Assembly: GCF_963506605.1 (NCBI RefSeq)
Contig: NC_083281.1
Location: 75,144,001-75,208,000, forward strand
Reading direction: 5' to 3'
Length of the DNA: 64,000 nt
Source of the DNA: Zootoca vivipara
Lineage: Eukaryota
The notes below the pieces were generated by a model, which was not told where the DNA came from, made no database searches, and saw only the letters and a program-made list of their open reading frames with translations. A program made the position numbers and the translations under genes. Below, piece after piece: positions 1 through 11,800 of this stretch (its first letter is position 1; every line of letters starts with the position of its first letter).

Positions 1-1154
1 GCTGAAGTTGCCATCAGATTTAAGAGGCTCTATGACAACAGGCTCCCATGTGGCTTGGAGTAAAATACTGCGCTTGTATCTGAAGAATAATTCCCAAGAC
101 TCAAAATATTACAGGTCAGTTAGCCTATTAGCCCTTTCAGTTAAGAAGCTGGTTTCCTACTTCTTAGGGGAAATGTCACTCTTGGGCCTTACAGTAAAAC
201 AGGCTGGTTTTTACGAAAGGTTTTTGCAATAGGTAGCTCTTTCAGTCGTCAGAATTCAAGTCACAGATAAGCTGTAGGTTGCAGAAATAACCCCTGTACA
301 CAACCTATGTTGATCTAGACTTGGCTTTTGATACCCTAACTGATGAACTAATGGAACAGGAATGCCCTTAACACAACGGATACAATAAACAACCAATTCT
401 TGACCCCTGGATGGAGATAAAGGCAAGTTAATGGTCAGGGTTTCTAACCGGTTCTTCAGTACTGCTGGCAAAACATATTAGAACATTATCAAGTCGTCTT
501 TACTATAAGCCTAGGCGAGATTACTAATCATGAAACAAAGCTCCAGGTATTTTAAAGCTCAGCCGTCCTCACAGCGACAAAGATCTAATAGCTTTTAATT
601 TTATTTCAACTTCAGACAGCAGTCAGGGCCCTCCATTTCTTAAGAGCACACTGATATATGGCTGCTCCCCTAGTACTACCAGCATAAAGGCAGATGACAG
701 CAACACAGAGAAGATTGTGCTCCACAGATGGAGTACTGATCTTATGTCACAAGGTGGCAGCAACACAATTTAAGAGACTGCAGGCTCAAGGATAGCACTT
801 GAGTGGTCTGGATTTCACCCCTCTGTACACAGTTTCTGGCTCTGTGTGTCTAATCTGTGCTAACCTTAAACGTGAGAAGCCAATTTAGGAGCCAATCAAA
901 GTAATTTTGAAGGTGCTACTGTTGTTCACAACCTGCAGATGTAAGGCACAGCCCCAAAGGGTGGGTTCTTCCCTGCCCCGCCCCTCTTTTCATTTGTTCA
1001 TTCAGAAGTTTTTAATGTACATCCATAGCTCATCGATATCAACACTGGAAGAGTAGCAATGGCCTTCACTGAAAGGGTGGCTGGACTGGCTTTCTGACTG
1101 CCTAACACTGCACTATACAATGGTTAAAGACCTTGGGTCAAACATGGATTCATT

Positions 1155-1289
1155 CAGTGCTATTTTTCTAGAAAAAGAGGTCCTGGAACTCAGCATGAAT
1201 GCCCCCCTCCTTCTCTTAGAATGGCAATGGTGCCCACCTGAGAGGTACCGGAACTGAGTTCTGTCGAGTTCCAGCTAAAAAAAGCCCTG
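1155..1289. mobile_element. hAT MITE
   Basis: TIRs cagtgctatttt / aaaaaagccctg; TSD gattcatt / gagtcatt. Confidence 0.7.
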
Positions 1290-2755
1290 GAGTCATTCAT
1301 TCATAAACTTCGTACAGAAGCATCAACACTGTCCAATTCCCCCTCCCCCCCACTGTTCCACATGCCACTTTATGAACGGATTTGGTGCCACATAAAAAGG
1401 TAATGGAGTCAAAGGGATCAGACAAACTGAACACAGAATGCCTCTTCGTCCTCTGTTATGTCATTTGCATAGTGTGCATTTAAAACACAAAATGTACTCC
1501 AGAGCTGTTCCTGAGTTCCCTGTTCTTTCTCTCTATTGAAAAGAAATAAAATACACATCCAAATAAAAAATGAAACAGTAAGCCAAGCCAGGCGGAAGAT
1601 GCTCACCCATGTCCAATATTCGGTAAACCCAGGCTGACTCTGAGAGGTTTTCAACAGGAACAAATGGATTCAGGGTTTAGGTTTATCACTAAATAACACT
1701 TGTGGCACAGACTCATACAAAACAGGAGCTCAGTTTATTCAGCCAGTTTGTTAACATCATTGTTAATGTTTGCTACCTTAATATAAGTAATTTCAATACC
1801 AGTTTGTCCTCGCACACTTGAGTATGTCAGAGCTACTGATGCATATTACAAGGTCTTGCTCTTGCAAGCTGTTTCTAGAAAGCTCAAATCCATATTTGCC
1901 AAAGGACTCCCTCATGTTGCAGTGCAAGGGCCATTTGAGTTGCCGGGGCCCATTTGTGACAACTGCCTTGGACCCCGCAATCTGTTTTTTTAAAAAATGT
2001 TCAGGTCCAAGCAGAGAAAGGTGGCTGGGACAAGCTTCACACAATCCCAAGAATGAAACAACAGGTGGGACTCTGGAGGGAAATTTAAAGGGCACTTTGA
2101 TCCAGATTCTCAGTGTCACAACTGCCACCATTGCCTGGCAAGTCAACCAGGACCCACCAATGAATGGCCTACCAGAGGGAAGTTTATCCAGAGACCCCTC
2201 AAGCCTTGAGATGGTCCTGGATGGAGCTCATGGACTGCAGGATGGGCAGCCGTGTTCTTAGGAGTAGGTTGGGTAGGGGTTCTTGTCCTCAACCACCTGC
2301 CCACATGGCAAGGCTGCCATGCTTCTGCCATCTGCTTTGCCACTCTCTATTTGGATCACCATGTTCCCCTACACCTGCTTCCAGGAGCAGGAAAATAAAT
2401 GTGGCACCCAGGCCACTGGGCAGCCCTCGGCAGCTCCCCTATTCATCTCATAAATGGCCTAGCGTACCAAAATAGAAGGGAAGGAAGCCTAAAAAAGGGC
2501 ACGGCCAGGTGGACAACAAAACCACGCAGCCTCCTACGATGCCCAAAAGGGAGAGTCTGCCTTTCAATGGGCACATCTGATCCAAACCTTTCCATCATGG
2601 ACACCCCGTTTTTCTAGGATTGCTTTCATCCCTGTTGTGCCTTGCTCCATGACAAATGTTCAAGCAGGTTCCAGCCAAACAAAGACACAGGCTATCCCTC
2701 TCCCCACATTGCATCGCGGTGACTTTTTCTTCCAGCAAGTCTTCCAAATTCACCG

Positions 2756-2869
2756 TCACCAGCTGTGCTCCACTTTGGTGCCCTGTACTTCTGGCAATGT
2801 CAGAAACACCTGAGTGTCAGCGAATTCCGGCTCTGCCACGGTGACCACAGGCTCAGGTGTTTGAAGCAC
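2756..2869 (-). CDS. ZBTB40: ZBTB40 terminal coding exon (VLQTPEPV...QVFLTLP...HSW*), frameshifted relative to the homologous tail
   Basis: ccttgccag acceptor; stop TGA 2758-2756; the homologous LVTVNLEDLL continues in another frame. Confidence 0.8.
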   Translation of the reverse strand: MLQTPEPVVTVAEPEFADTQVFLTLPEVQGTKVEHSW

Positions 2870-5800
2870 CTGGCAAGGAAAGGACATGGATGTCACTGCT
2901 TCAGCTGGGCAGAAGAGTATGCTGGACATTCACTTTGGGGGCAGGTAGCCACTCATGCTCAGCCTGGCTTTCCTTCTCACAGTATAATGGGGAGTGGGTG
3001 AAGTTGAGGCAACTCCAAGTTGGCATCAGAAGAAAAGGGGCGACACTGTTTATATCCAGACTGGGGAACTGGATCTGACTGGTTGGCAGCAATTGGGCCC
3101 ACGGACTGGAGGTTCCTCACATCTGGCCTATATCGTAACACACCAGAAAAAACTTTGTGTGTTGGGGGGGGGGAAGAGTTGTGTTAAGAGGCTTTGTCCT
3201 TCCTGATGGGATGACACAGAACAGGGGCCCAGACGAAGGCCTGGGAAGGGGTCAGCTTAACATCTCTAATGGGAAAGGTATCACTGACCTGCACTACCTG
3301 GGCCACCGGAACTTGTGAACTGGCAACCACCACCTTTGGGTGCTCAGCACCACAGTGCTGCTCCAGCTGCTCTTGTCCAGGGAAGACCTCCTCGCAGAGT
3401 GTGCAGAACAAGGAAGGCTCTGAAGGGCTGGTGTGTTTGGTGTCCAGGTGCTGCTGCAGTGCCCCCTGGAGGTGGAAAGAGGCTGAGCAGTGTGGGCAGT
3501 GGAGGGGCTGAGACCCTAAGGGAGAGAGAGAGAGAGACAGCGCAGTTGTGAGTAGGCAGGGAAGTGGGAACCTCCTGGGAGAGAGGCAACAAGGGGCAAA
3601 TTAGGAGGACACTCACCCGAGTGCTGGCTTTTCTCGTGGGCCTGCAGCAAAGCGACCGAAGGGAAGAGTCTCTTGCACTTCTCACACTCATGGAATGTCA
3701 CTTCTAAAGGAAAGCCACGAGACCCTCAGTAGGTAGTTTGTCAAAAAGAGGGTTCAGCTACAAGCCAGATATCCACTGACCTTCACCCAGCCCCATGCTC
3801 AGGAGAAGGGCTCCTCTAATGCATTCTCTTCCATCCAACACAGCCTCACAAAGAGCCAACGGTAAGCCACCCACCTCGGTAGAGTGGATCCCACTCCCCC
3901 ACAACCTGGCCACCAGGCTTCTAACACTTGTCCCCTCAACCCAAAACCACTGCCTAAAAAGTGAAGTGTGAAGGCACCATGCACCCAAACCTCACCAAAT
4001 ATGACAAGCGATGGAGATTTTGTGGAGATCTATCAACAGTTCCTAGGAAGAGAGTGGTGGATTCCATGTACTGTACCTCCACACCCCCAGAGGAAGTCTA
4101 CCTCTGAACACTTGATGCCGGGGGAGGGCAGGGACCACCCTGCTTTTGACTTCGCCAGGAACAATGGTAAAGAAAGACAGGCTGCCGAATGAGCTGGACC
4201 TTGGTCTGATCCCACAAAGCTCACCTAACAGCCAGTGCTGAGATGGAGGCCCTGTGCCAAAGAGGCAAGACCTGTCGGGCACCAAAAGTAGAAGGCTCCA
4301 AGGTGGCACCTTTGCCCTCTGAGTCCTTTACCTGCATGCTCTTCCTTGGTGTGTCTCCTGTGGGCTGCAGTGCTGGAAAAGGTCTTATCGCAGGAGCTGC
4401 ACTGCAGCGAAGAGAACTTGGAGGACCGGTGGTTCTGAGCAGCAAAGATGTCCGGGTGATGAGTCCGATTGTGGTACCACAGCCCTGACAATTGCTGGAG
4501 AGAGCAAAACCATTCTGGTTATCACAACCCACACACAGAGGGGGGTTGGGCTGCAGGTTGAAAGCCTCGACTCTGGGATTCACACTGACCATAGGGATTC
4601 CACCCCCCACCCCACCCCCAAGGTAGACCCCCAATGGCTTCTGTCTCCAAAGGAAACACTGCCACATCAATCCCTTGGCTGTTGATACCCCATATGCCCC
4701 CAATTGCATGTTCTATCTATCCACAAAGGGAGGTCAATGGATGCCCACAGCTGAGCCTGATCTTCAGTGGAGGCAAGTGTTTGGAAGAAGTCCAAGTAAG
4801 CCTTCCCTGGTGCCCCTTCTCTGCCATCCCTGGGTGCAGAGGAGTGACCAAGTCAGAATCTGATTGCCTGTTGTAAACACAGTCTTTGGAACCAATGGGC
4901 TGGTTTTATTTGGTATTTTATCGTTACGAAGTCACCTTTTACTGATTTTTATTGTAAAACGCATCGTTCAAAATATAGCTTTTTATCACGTACAAAAAGA
5001 CAAAGGAGGAAATGCCCATTTTAGAATTCAGCACTTTTAGATTCCCAGAGACCCAGGGGAAGCAATGGAAGGTGTGTCTGTGTGTGCGAGGGGGAGGGGG
5101 AGGTGAGACCTCAGAATGGAAAAGGGAGGGGATGGTTGTCCCGTTGGCCACTGCTTCTGCCCAAGCAGACCCACCTGATAAGCTTTGTTGCAGATCTGGC
5201 AGCTGAAAGGTTTCCCCCCGACGTGGGTGACCACGTGGCGCTCCAGCAGGGACGGCGCACTGAAAACCTTCCCGCAGGTCGGGCATGGGTGGTACTCCCT
5301 GGAGTGGGCTGCATGGATGTGCTTCTGGTGCTCCTGCAGGGTGGGGAAGCTCAACTGGCACTTCTGGCAGTCATAGGGGTCGTCAATGTCTGAGTCCCCG
5401 TGTGGAGGGGAGGGCAGGAAGGTGGGGTGAGGAAACAACGAGTTCACATGCAGAGGGTTCAGGAGGAGCAGAAGGACAAAACAGGAGCTGGTTACAATCA
5501 CACAACTGTTTCCCCTCAGATTATGCTGCCCTACCCTCAGGGGAGACTTTGCTCCCAACCAGGACCACATTCAGTCTTAGCTGGGCATCATGTCGGTGCT
5601 CCTCATGATTCCAACCTTGTTGGCAGAGCCCAAGCCCTTGACCATACCCTGCTGTGTGGGGCTTTTAGGCAGAGACACAGAAGAACAGCCGCCACCAATA
5701 GCAGAGCTCCAGCTCCTGGAAGGACAGTTGGGGTCACCCCACCTCAAGGGCTCAGCACTGCCTCCTTCTCCAAAGCAGCACCACATGCAAGAGTATAAGC

Positions 5801-8800
5801 TTGAGAGCAAGAACTCTCAGATTACTCATCATTATAAAAAAAATCTCTAAATAATAATAATGATGAGCAACTCTTCTAGATCTCTGGCACTGGTCCAGGA
5901 AGGGGATGCCTCCACAATAAGAGGCAGAGCAGGGGGCATCCTGCAACTGCTTCCTTCCAGGGTGTGTTTGCAGCCCTTTTAAGTGCATGAGCAGTAAATG
6001 GCAAAACTTACAAAGCTAGGGAGGGTGGGAAGGTGTTGCTCTCATTATTTGTTGTCATTTATTATTATGAAGCTCAAGGCACTCACTGTGAAAGGTGTGC
6101 AGGTGTATGGAGAGACCGTTGGCTTGGCGGAAGCCTTTCCCACATTCCCGGCAGACGTAGGGTTTGTCACCTGTGTGGGTGCGCACGTGGCGGGACAGCT
6201 CAATGGACTGCGCGAAGACGGCGGCACAATACTGGCAAGCGTACATCTTCCCTGCCAAGAGAGCCAATGCAGTGTGTTGGTATGAGGGCTAATATTATGG
6301 CACTGAGCCTAAGCATGGAAGGGCTGGCATGCTAGAAGGACCATCATCATTCCAGAATACCATTCCAGAATACCCAAGCAGTGCCTGGTCTCGGAGCAGT
6401 GTTAGAACATCAGATATATAAGCTAGGTGCCAAATAGCTCCTTAAACCAAAGTTGCAGTTGCCAAAATGAAATGTCTAGTTGCCACTAATTGATTCTCAG
6501 TTAAATATCCAGCTAGTTCAGATGACAATCTTGAGCCAGGCTAAGAGCTTGGTGACCTTAAAAATGAAAAGTCACTTGACCCAGAGACAACCCACATATA
6601 TACTGTATTCTGACCTGTTTTTCTTAATGGTGACTGCTCCTGCTCAGGCTGTGCAGAAAAAGCATTTGGGTTCCTGAAATTCAATCCATTTGTGCCGATA
6701 AAATATTACTGACAGAATTCTACAGGATGGGGTATGAGTGTGTGAAAACAGTCCAAATCCAATGACCTCCAGTCATGCACCATAGCTGCCAAGTTTTCCC
6801 TTTTCTCGCGAGGAAGCCTATTCAGCATAAGGGAAAATCCCTTTAAAAAAGGGATAACTTGGCAGCTATGGCATGCACCTCCAGATGGTGGAGGTGTCAG
6901 ATGCCATCCTGGCACCCAGGCATCTTCACTTGGTTGGAAGTGTTCAAAAGCCATGTGCAAAATGTGCCTGGCTAATCTCAAACACCGTGTCAGAGTGACA
7001 GGGATCAGCTGGAAAAGACAGCAAGAGGAGCAAAAAAAGGTGGCTGAGGGACAGAGGGCAGCAACCCACTTTGGGGTCTTCAAAGCTGTGATGAGGTCAG
7101 TCTCTTCCCTGCGGCTGGGTAGCCCCCCAAGGGAAGCACTCATACACCCCAACTTTCAGTACCCAGCAGCTTGGGCCCCTGTGAAGTTTGGCTTCCTCCA
7201 CACAGCGGGGCTCAGTGCTGCTTGCCAAGGTGCCTTTCCCTGACTCCCAGCCCTGCTATGCAGCAGCACATCATGGCCCAGCCCCTGCTCTACTGGGGAG
7301 CCTTGGCACATTTCGGCAGTGCGCTGCATGAGGTGCAGCCTCTCGGCATGCAGGGGGAAATGACGTGTGTTGGCAGGGCCCCCGGTTCTTTGCTAGCTTT
7401 CCTGACTCCTGTCAAGTTGCTGCAGTCGGAGGTTGACCTGGAGGGGCGCCTGGCCTCACCTTTGGCGTGCTTCTTCTTGGTATGGTAGGCGAGGGCCGAA
7501 GCCTGGGCAAAGCTCATCGGGCAGTGCTTGCAGGCGAAGGGCTGGTCACCCGTGTGCAGGCGCTGGTGGTTCTTGAGCGTGGAGTTGGCAGCAAACTTGG
7601 CGCCGCACTCTTCGCAGGAAAAGGGCTTCTCGTCAAAGTGCTCCGTTAGTTTGTGGTACTGCATCCCTGAGGGGAGGTGGGGAGGGAGAAGGAAACAGCA
7701 GCAGGTGGGGTGGAAAGCCTTCAGCTCCCCAGCACATCACGTGCAGCCTTTTCAGATCAGCTTCTCGAGGGACACAGAGCTGGTCACCACCGCCTGCTCA
7801 AACTGGGCCTGGGCTGCAGCGGCGGGGATTCATGCTGGGAAAAGTCCCTGCTGTGGGAAGGGCCCTCTCTTAAGCTCTTCCTGGGCATGGTAAAGAAGTG
7901 GCATTCACTCGCACAGCCCAGAGAAAGCCATCTAGACTGCCTCAGCCAGGCTCAGCAGGCATCTGCATCTAGAGCAGGGTTTCTCAAACCTGGGTCATCA
8001 GCTGCTTTCAGACTACAGTTCCCATCATTCCTGGCCACTGGTCCAGTTAGCTAGGGATGATGTGAGTTGGGAGTCCAAAAACAACTGGGGACCCAAGTTT
8101 GAGGAACCCCAATCTAGAGGATGACTGGACCTCTGCGGTTTCACTTCTGAATGCAGAGGGGGCCTGACTGTAAATGAAGAGATAAAAGTGAAGCCTGCAG
8201 CTCCTAGCAGCCCTGTGGCTGGCCATACCTGATGTGTGTGCAAACTCCCGCCCACAAATGTCGCAGGCCACAGGGAGGCGGGGCTTCTTGGGCTTCTTCT
8301 TCCGGAGGGAGGTGCCTGGCTTGCCGTGAGCCTCCGCCTGGTGCTTCTCCAGCTCTGCCTTGGAGGCCTTCGCCTCGCCACACTCTGGGCACTGCGCTGG
8401 CTTCTGGTGGGCCACCCGGCAGCGCTTCTCGTGCACCTTCAGGCGGCAGTAGAAGCGAAAGCTCTTCCCACAGGCCTTGCAGGCAAAGCTCTTTGGAGAG
8501 GCGGCCCCCTTGGGGGCCTCTGGGCTTCGTCCCCCTTTTGGCTCCGCTTTGCCCACCGCTTCAACCTGAGACATGCTGTTCACCTTCCATTTCCAGACAC
8601 TGGCCTTCCCTCCATCGACAGCTGTCAAGAGCCCTGTGGAAAAACAAAAGGAAACAGTCGCTCTGAGGCATGTGGACCGTGGGTTCAGGGCCATCAGCAG
8701 GAGCCAAAAATATCTGTAGAACAATATGCTGAGCACAGCTTCCAGAGAACCTTTGTAAGGGTCAAGTTTCTAGCTCCTAGCTTACTAGAAGTTTCTAGCG

Positions 8801-11800
8801 TCTAGCTTACTAGTTTCTAGTAAGTGCTTCCAAGCATCAGGACAGCTCCAGAGGAATTCCCAGGAGTGGTCAGCAGTAGCAACTGCTGCAGTTTCTTATC
8901 TACCCCCTTGCCAAGCAAAACTTACACCAACCGTGTAGAACAATAAGAATTCTGAAGCGCACTTGAACGGGTGCAACATATGCAGGTCACATAGCTTTAA
9001 TCTTTGTAGCACCTGAGGCAAAAATCTTGTACCACTTCTCTAAAGCTACTTGGAAAGTGCAAGATAGGCTGGGCAATGAGGATCAACTACCTCAAGGTCA
9101 GGCGGCTTGAAAGGAAGGAGAAATCCCAAAGCAGGATCTGCAAGGACCTGCGCGGGACACCACTCTTCCCATGCACTGCACAGCTCAGCAACAATAGAAA
9201 TGGGTTTTTGCTACAAGGGTCTATTTGCATTGTTTTACTTTTATTTCGGTGTATCTGCTTTTTTAATTTTTTTTTCCAAAAAACATTTTCCTGTTTTTCC
9301 TGTACATTGTCTTCAGACGATTGTGTAGAAGTTGATTGATAATAATACTTAAGAACCTGAAAATCTATTCTACCTTTAATTAAGCATGTTTCTAGGCCTT
9401 AAGTGTGCAAGGGAGGGGGTTGTGTCTGGTGGAATCTCTCTTAATAATAACAATATAATAATAATTTATTATTTACGGTATACCCCACCCATCTGGCTGA
9501 GTTTCCCCAGCCACTCTGGGCGGCTCCCAGCAGAATATTAAAAACACGATAAAACATCAAACTTAAAAAACTTCCCTAAACAGGGCCACCATCAGGGGAC
9601 TAAGCAGGGTTTTCAGGGTTAGAGAATGCTTCCAAGGACTGCACCACACTCTCCTCCCCCCCATGGCAGGCAGGAGTAGAAGGAACCAGGCAAAATCAGC
9701 TGCCATGTTAAAGTGTCTTCCACACTTTCCTCTGGCTGCTCCTCCCCTACTGGACCCTTGTACAACAACCAGGCCCCTCATGCAACAACCCAAGACCGTA
9801 GGCCTTTGAGTGCTACCTCTACTCTGCTATGAAAGCATTATTCTGCTTCCTTTTGCTCCAGCATCTCAGCAGACCCTTGAAATAAGCTGGGAGTGGCTCT
9901 GGGCAGCATTCACCCTCCGGGCTGTGGATTCCTGAACTGATCCACAGGGGGAGTCTCTTTGCAGTGAGCTGCTCCCCCCACTCTCCCTTTGCCTCAAGTT
10001 CTGCCAAACTGACCCCAAAACAAGACACCTCTCAAGCATGCACACAGATGTGTATGTTGCCAACTGCAGGCTGGGGCTGGGCGTGTCCCCCCACCATGTG
10101 CCTAGAGAGTGGCATATACAAGGCAGAGAGATTCTCACCAGCTTGCTGTAGTTCCTCCATCACTGTCTGCAGACCTGGGAAGGACTCCTGAATGCTGCAG
10201 AGGAGCTGGCAGATCTGGGTGGCAGGAAGAGGCTTGTTGTTTCGGGCACTGCTCAGAGCTGCCCTCCAGGAGGTCGCAGGGGCCACCTCCTGCAGGCAAG
10301 TGCTCACCAGCTGGGAAAAGCCACAGAAGAAACACACAATGAAGAGAGTTCCTCTACCCTGCTGCATGGCAGGATTATTTGACCTCTCCACTGGGTGCCT
10401 GAGCAGGTGCAGATGCTCCCCATGTGTAGCACGGGGGACTAGATCAACCTAGAAGGTCCAGAGAGTTCAGCCACACGCCTCTGGGAGCTGCCGAGCAGGG
10501 ACATAAAAGACAGCAACCCTGTGCTGTCGAACCCCAGTCATTTATTGACTCCTAAACATGCCCTGACAGTCTATAGGTCAAGGGATGGTTTTCATGTGTA
10601 CTGAGTAAGTAAGTAAATAACTAAATAGAAACGCAACATAGAAGCTCTGTTGAGCTACTGTGGTGGAGGGCTGTTGATGATCAACTTCTTCCCTGAATGT
10701 GTCCATTTGTATCTTGTGGCAGTGAATCACATAAGCTAATAATGCATTTGATGAAGAAGCAGCAGCACCACCTTCCTGGTCATTGGGGTGGTGGTGGTGA
10801 TGTTGCAATGGGGTTACGACCAAGTGGTGAAGCACACATTCACCTGCCATTGGTTGTCTGAATCCACCCAGCAGACATCCTGCTACAGACTTAGCACACC
10901 CGAGATATACACACCTGGCACCCAGGGACAGCATCCTGAACCTCCTTGGCTGGTTTCGCCAGGTCTGCTTCTACAGGTGGCAACTCCTCTTCTAGACCAG
11001 CTCCCTGCTGGAGAGCCTCGGAAATCAGCTTGCGATGCCTCAGTAGTATTTCTGTGGCAATGCTGTCACTAGAGCCAACTATGGAAATGGGGTGGGGTGG
11101 GGTGTCAAATTACCAATTAGAGGGTTACTGCATAACCTCAGCTTCCCAACAGTCATGCCATTTCCCTCCCTCCCATTATGTGCTCCACGTTGTGAGAAAT
11201 CTTCAAACTATCTCTTGGAGCCTGAATAACCCAGATGGGATGGTTTCAAACCTAGACTAGAGGACATGTAGGAACAGGCCATCCTGAGCAAGCAAGGAGA
11301 CCAGCCGTACACAGAAAGAGTCTGTGTTGTGGGTGAAGACTCTCCTGCATGCCACAAAGACCATCTAAGGCCTCGTTGGACAAGGTGGGGGGGGCACCCC
11401 CTGTGCCATGATGCTGAGTGAGAGCTCGGTTGGGGCCATAGCCTGCAAAGCCTTTTCTGAACACTCACCGCCGTCAAATTGTCACCCCAAGAGTACCTGT
11501 GCTGTCAGAGCCAACTGCTGCAGCCACCCAACGGTCCAGCAGGAGACCCAGGCCAGGGAAAGGAGCTTTCAGGGCCCCGAGAAACTTGGACAGGGCCTCT
11601 GGGCTCAGGATCTTTTCCTCCTTGAACAGATTCTCTGCAGCGTCCCTGGGTGAGCTGCCCTCAGAGCAGTCCATGGCAGCCTGCAAGGGCAATTACACAG
11701 CTAAGCAGGAGATTCTGAGAAATGTAGCCAATGCACATGCAATACTCCCCCACCCCCATACACACTTTGATGCAGTTTGCAGTAGCTGAAATTTTGAAAC

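Noticed and set aside
1-520. Unique-looking segment at the window start
   Set aside because: No recognisable protein, splice pattern or terminal repeats; cannot be classified.
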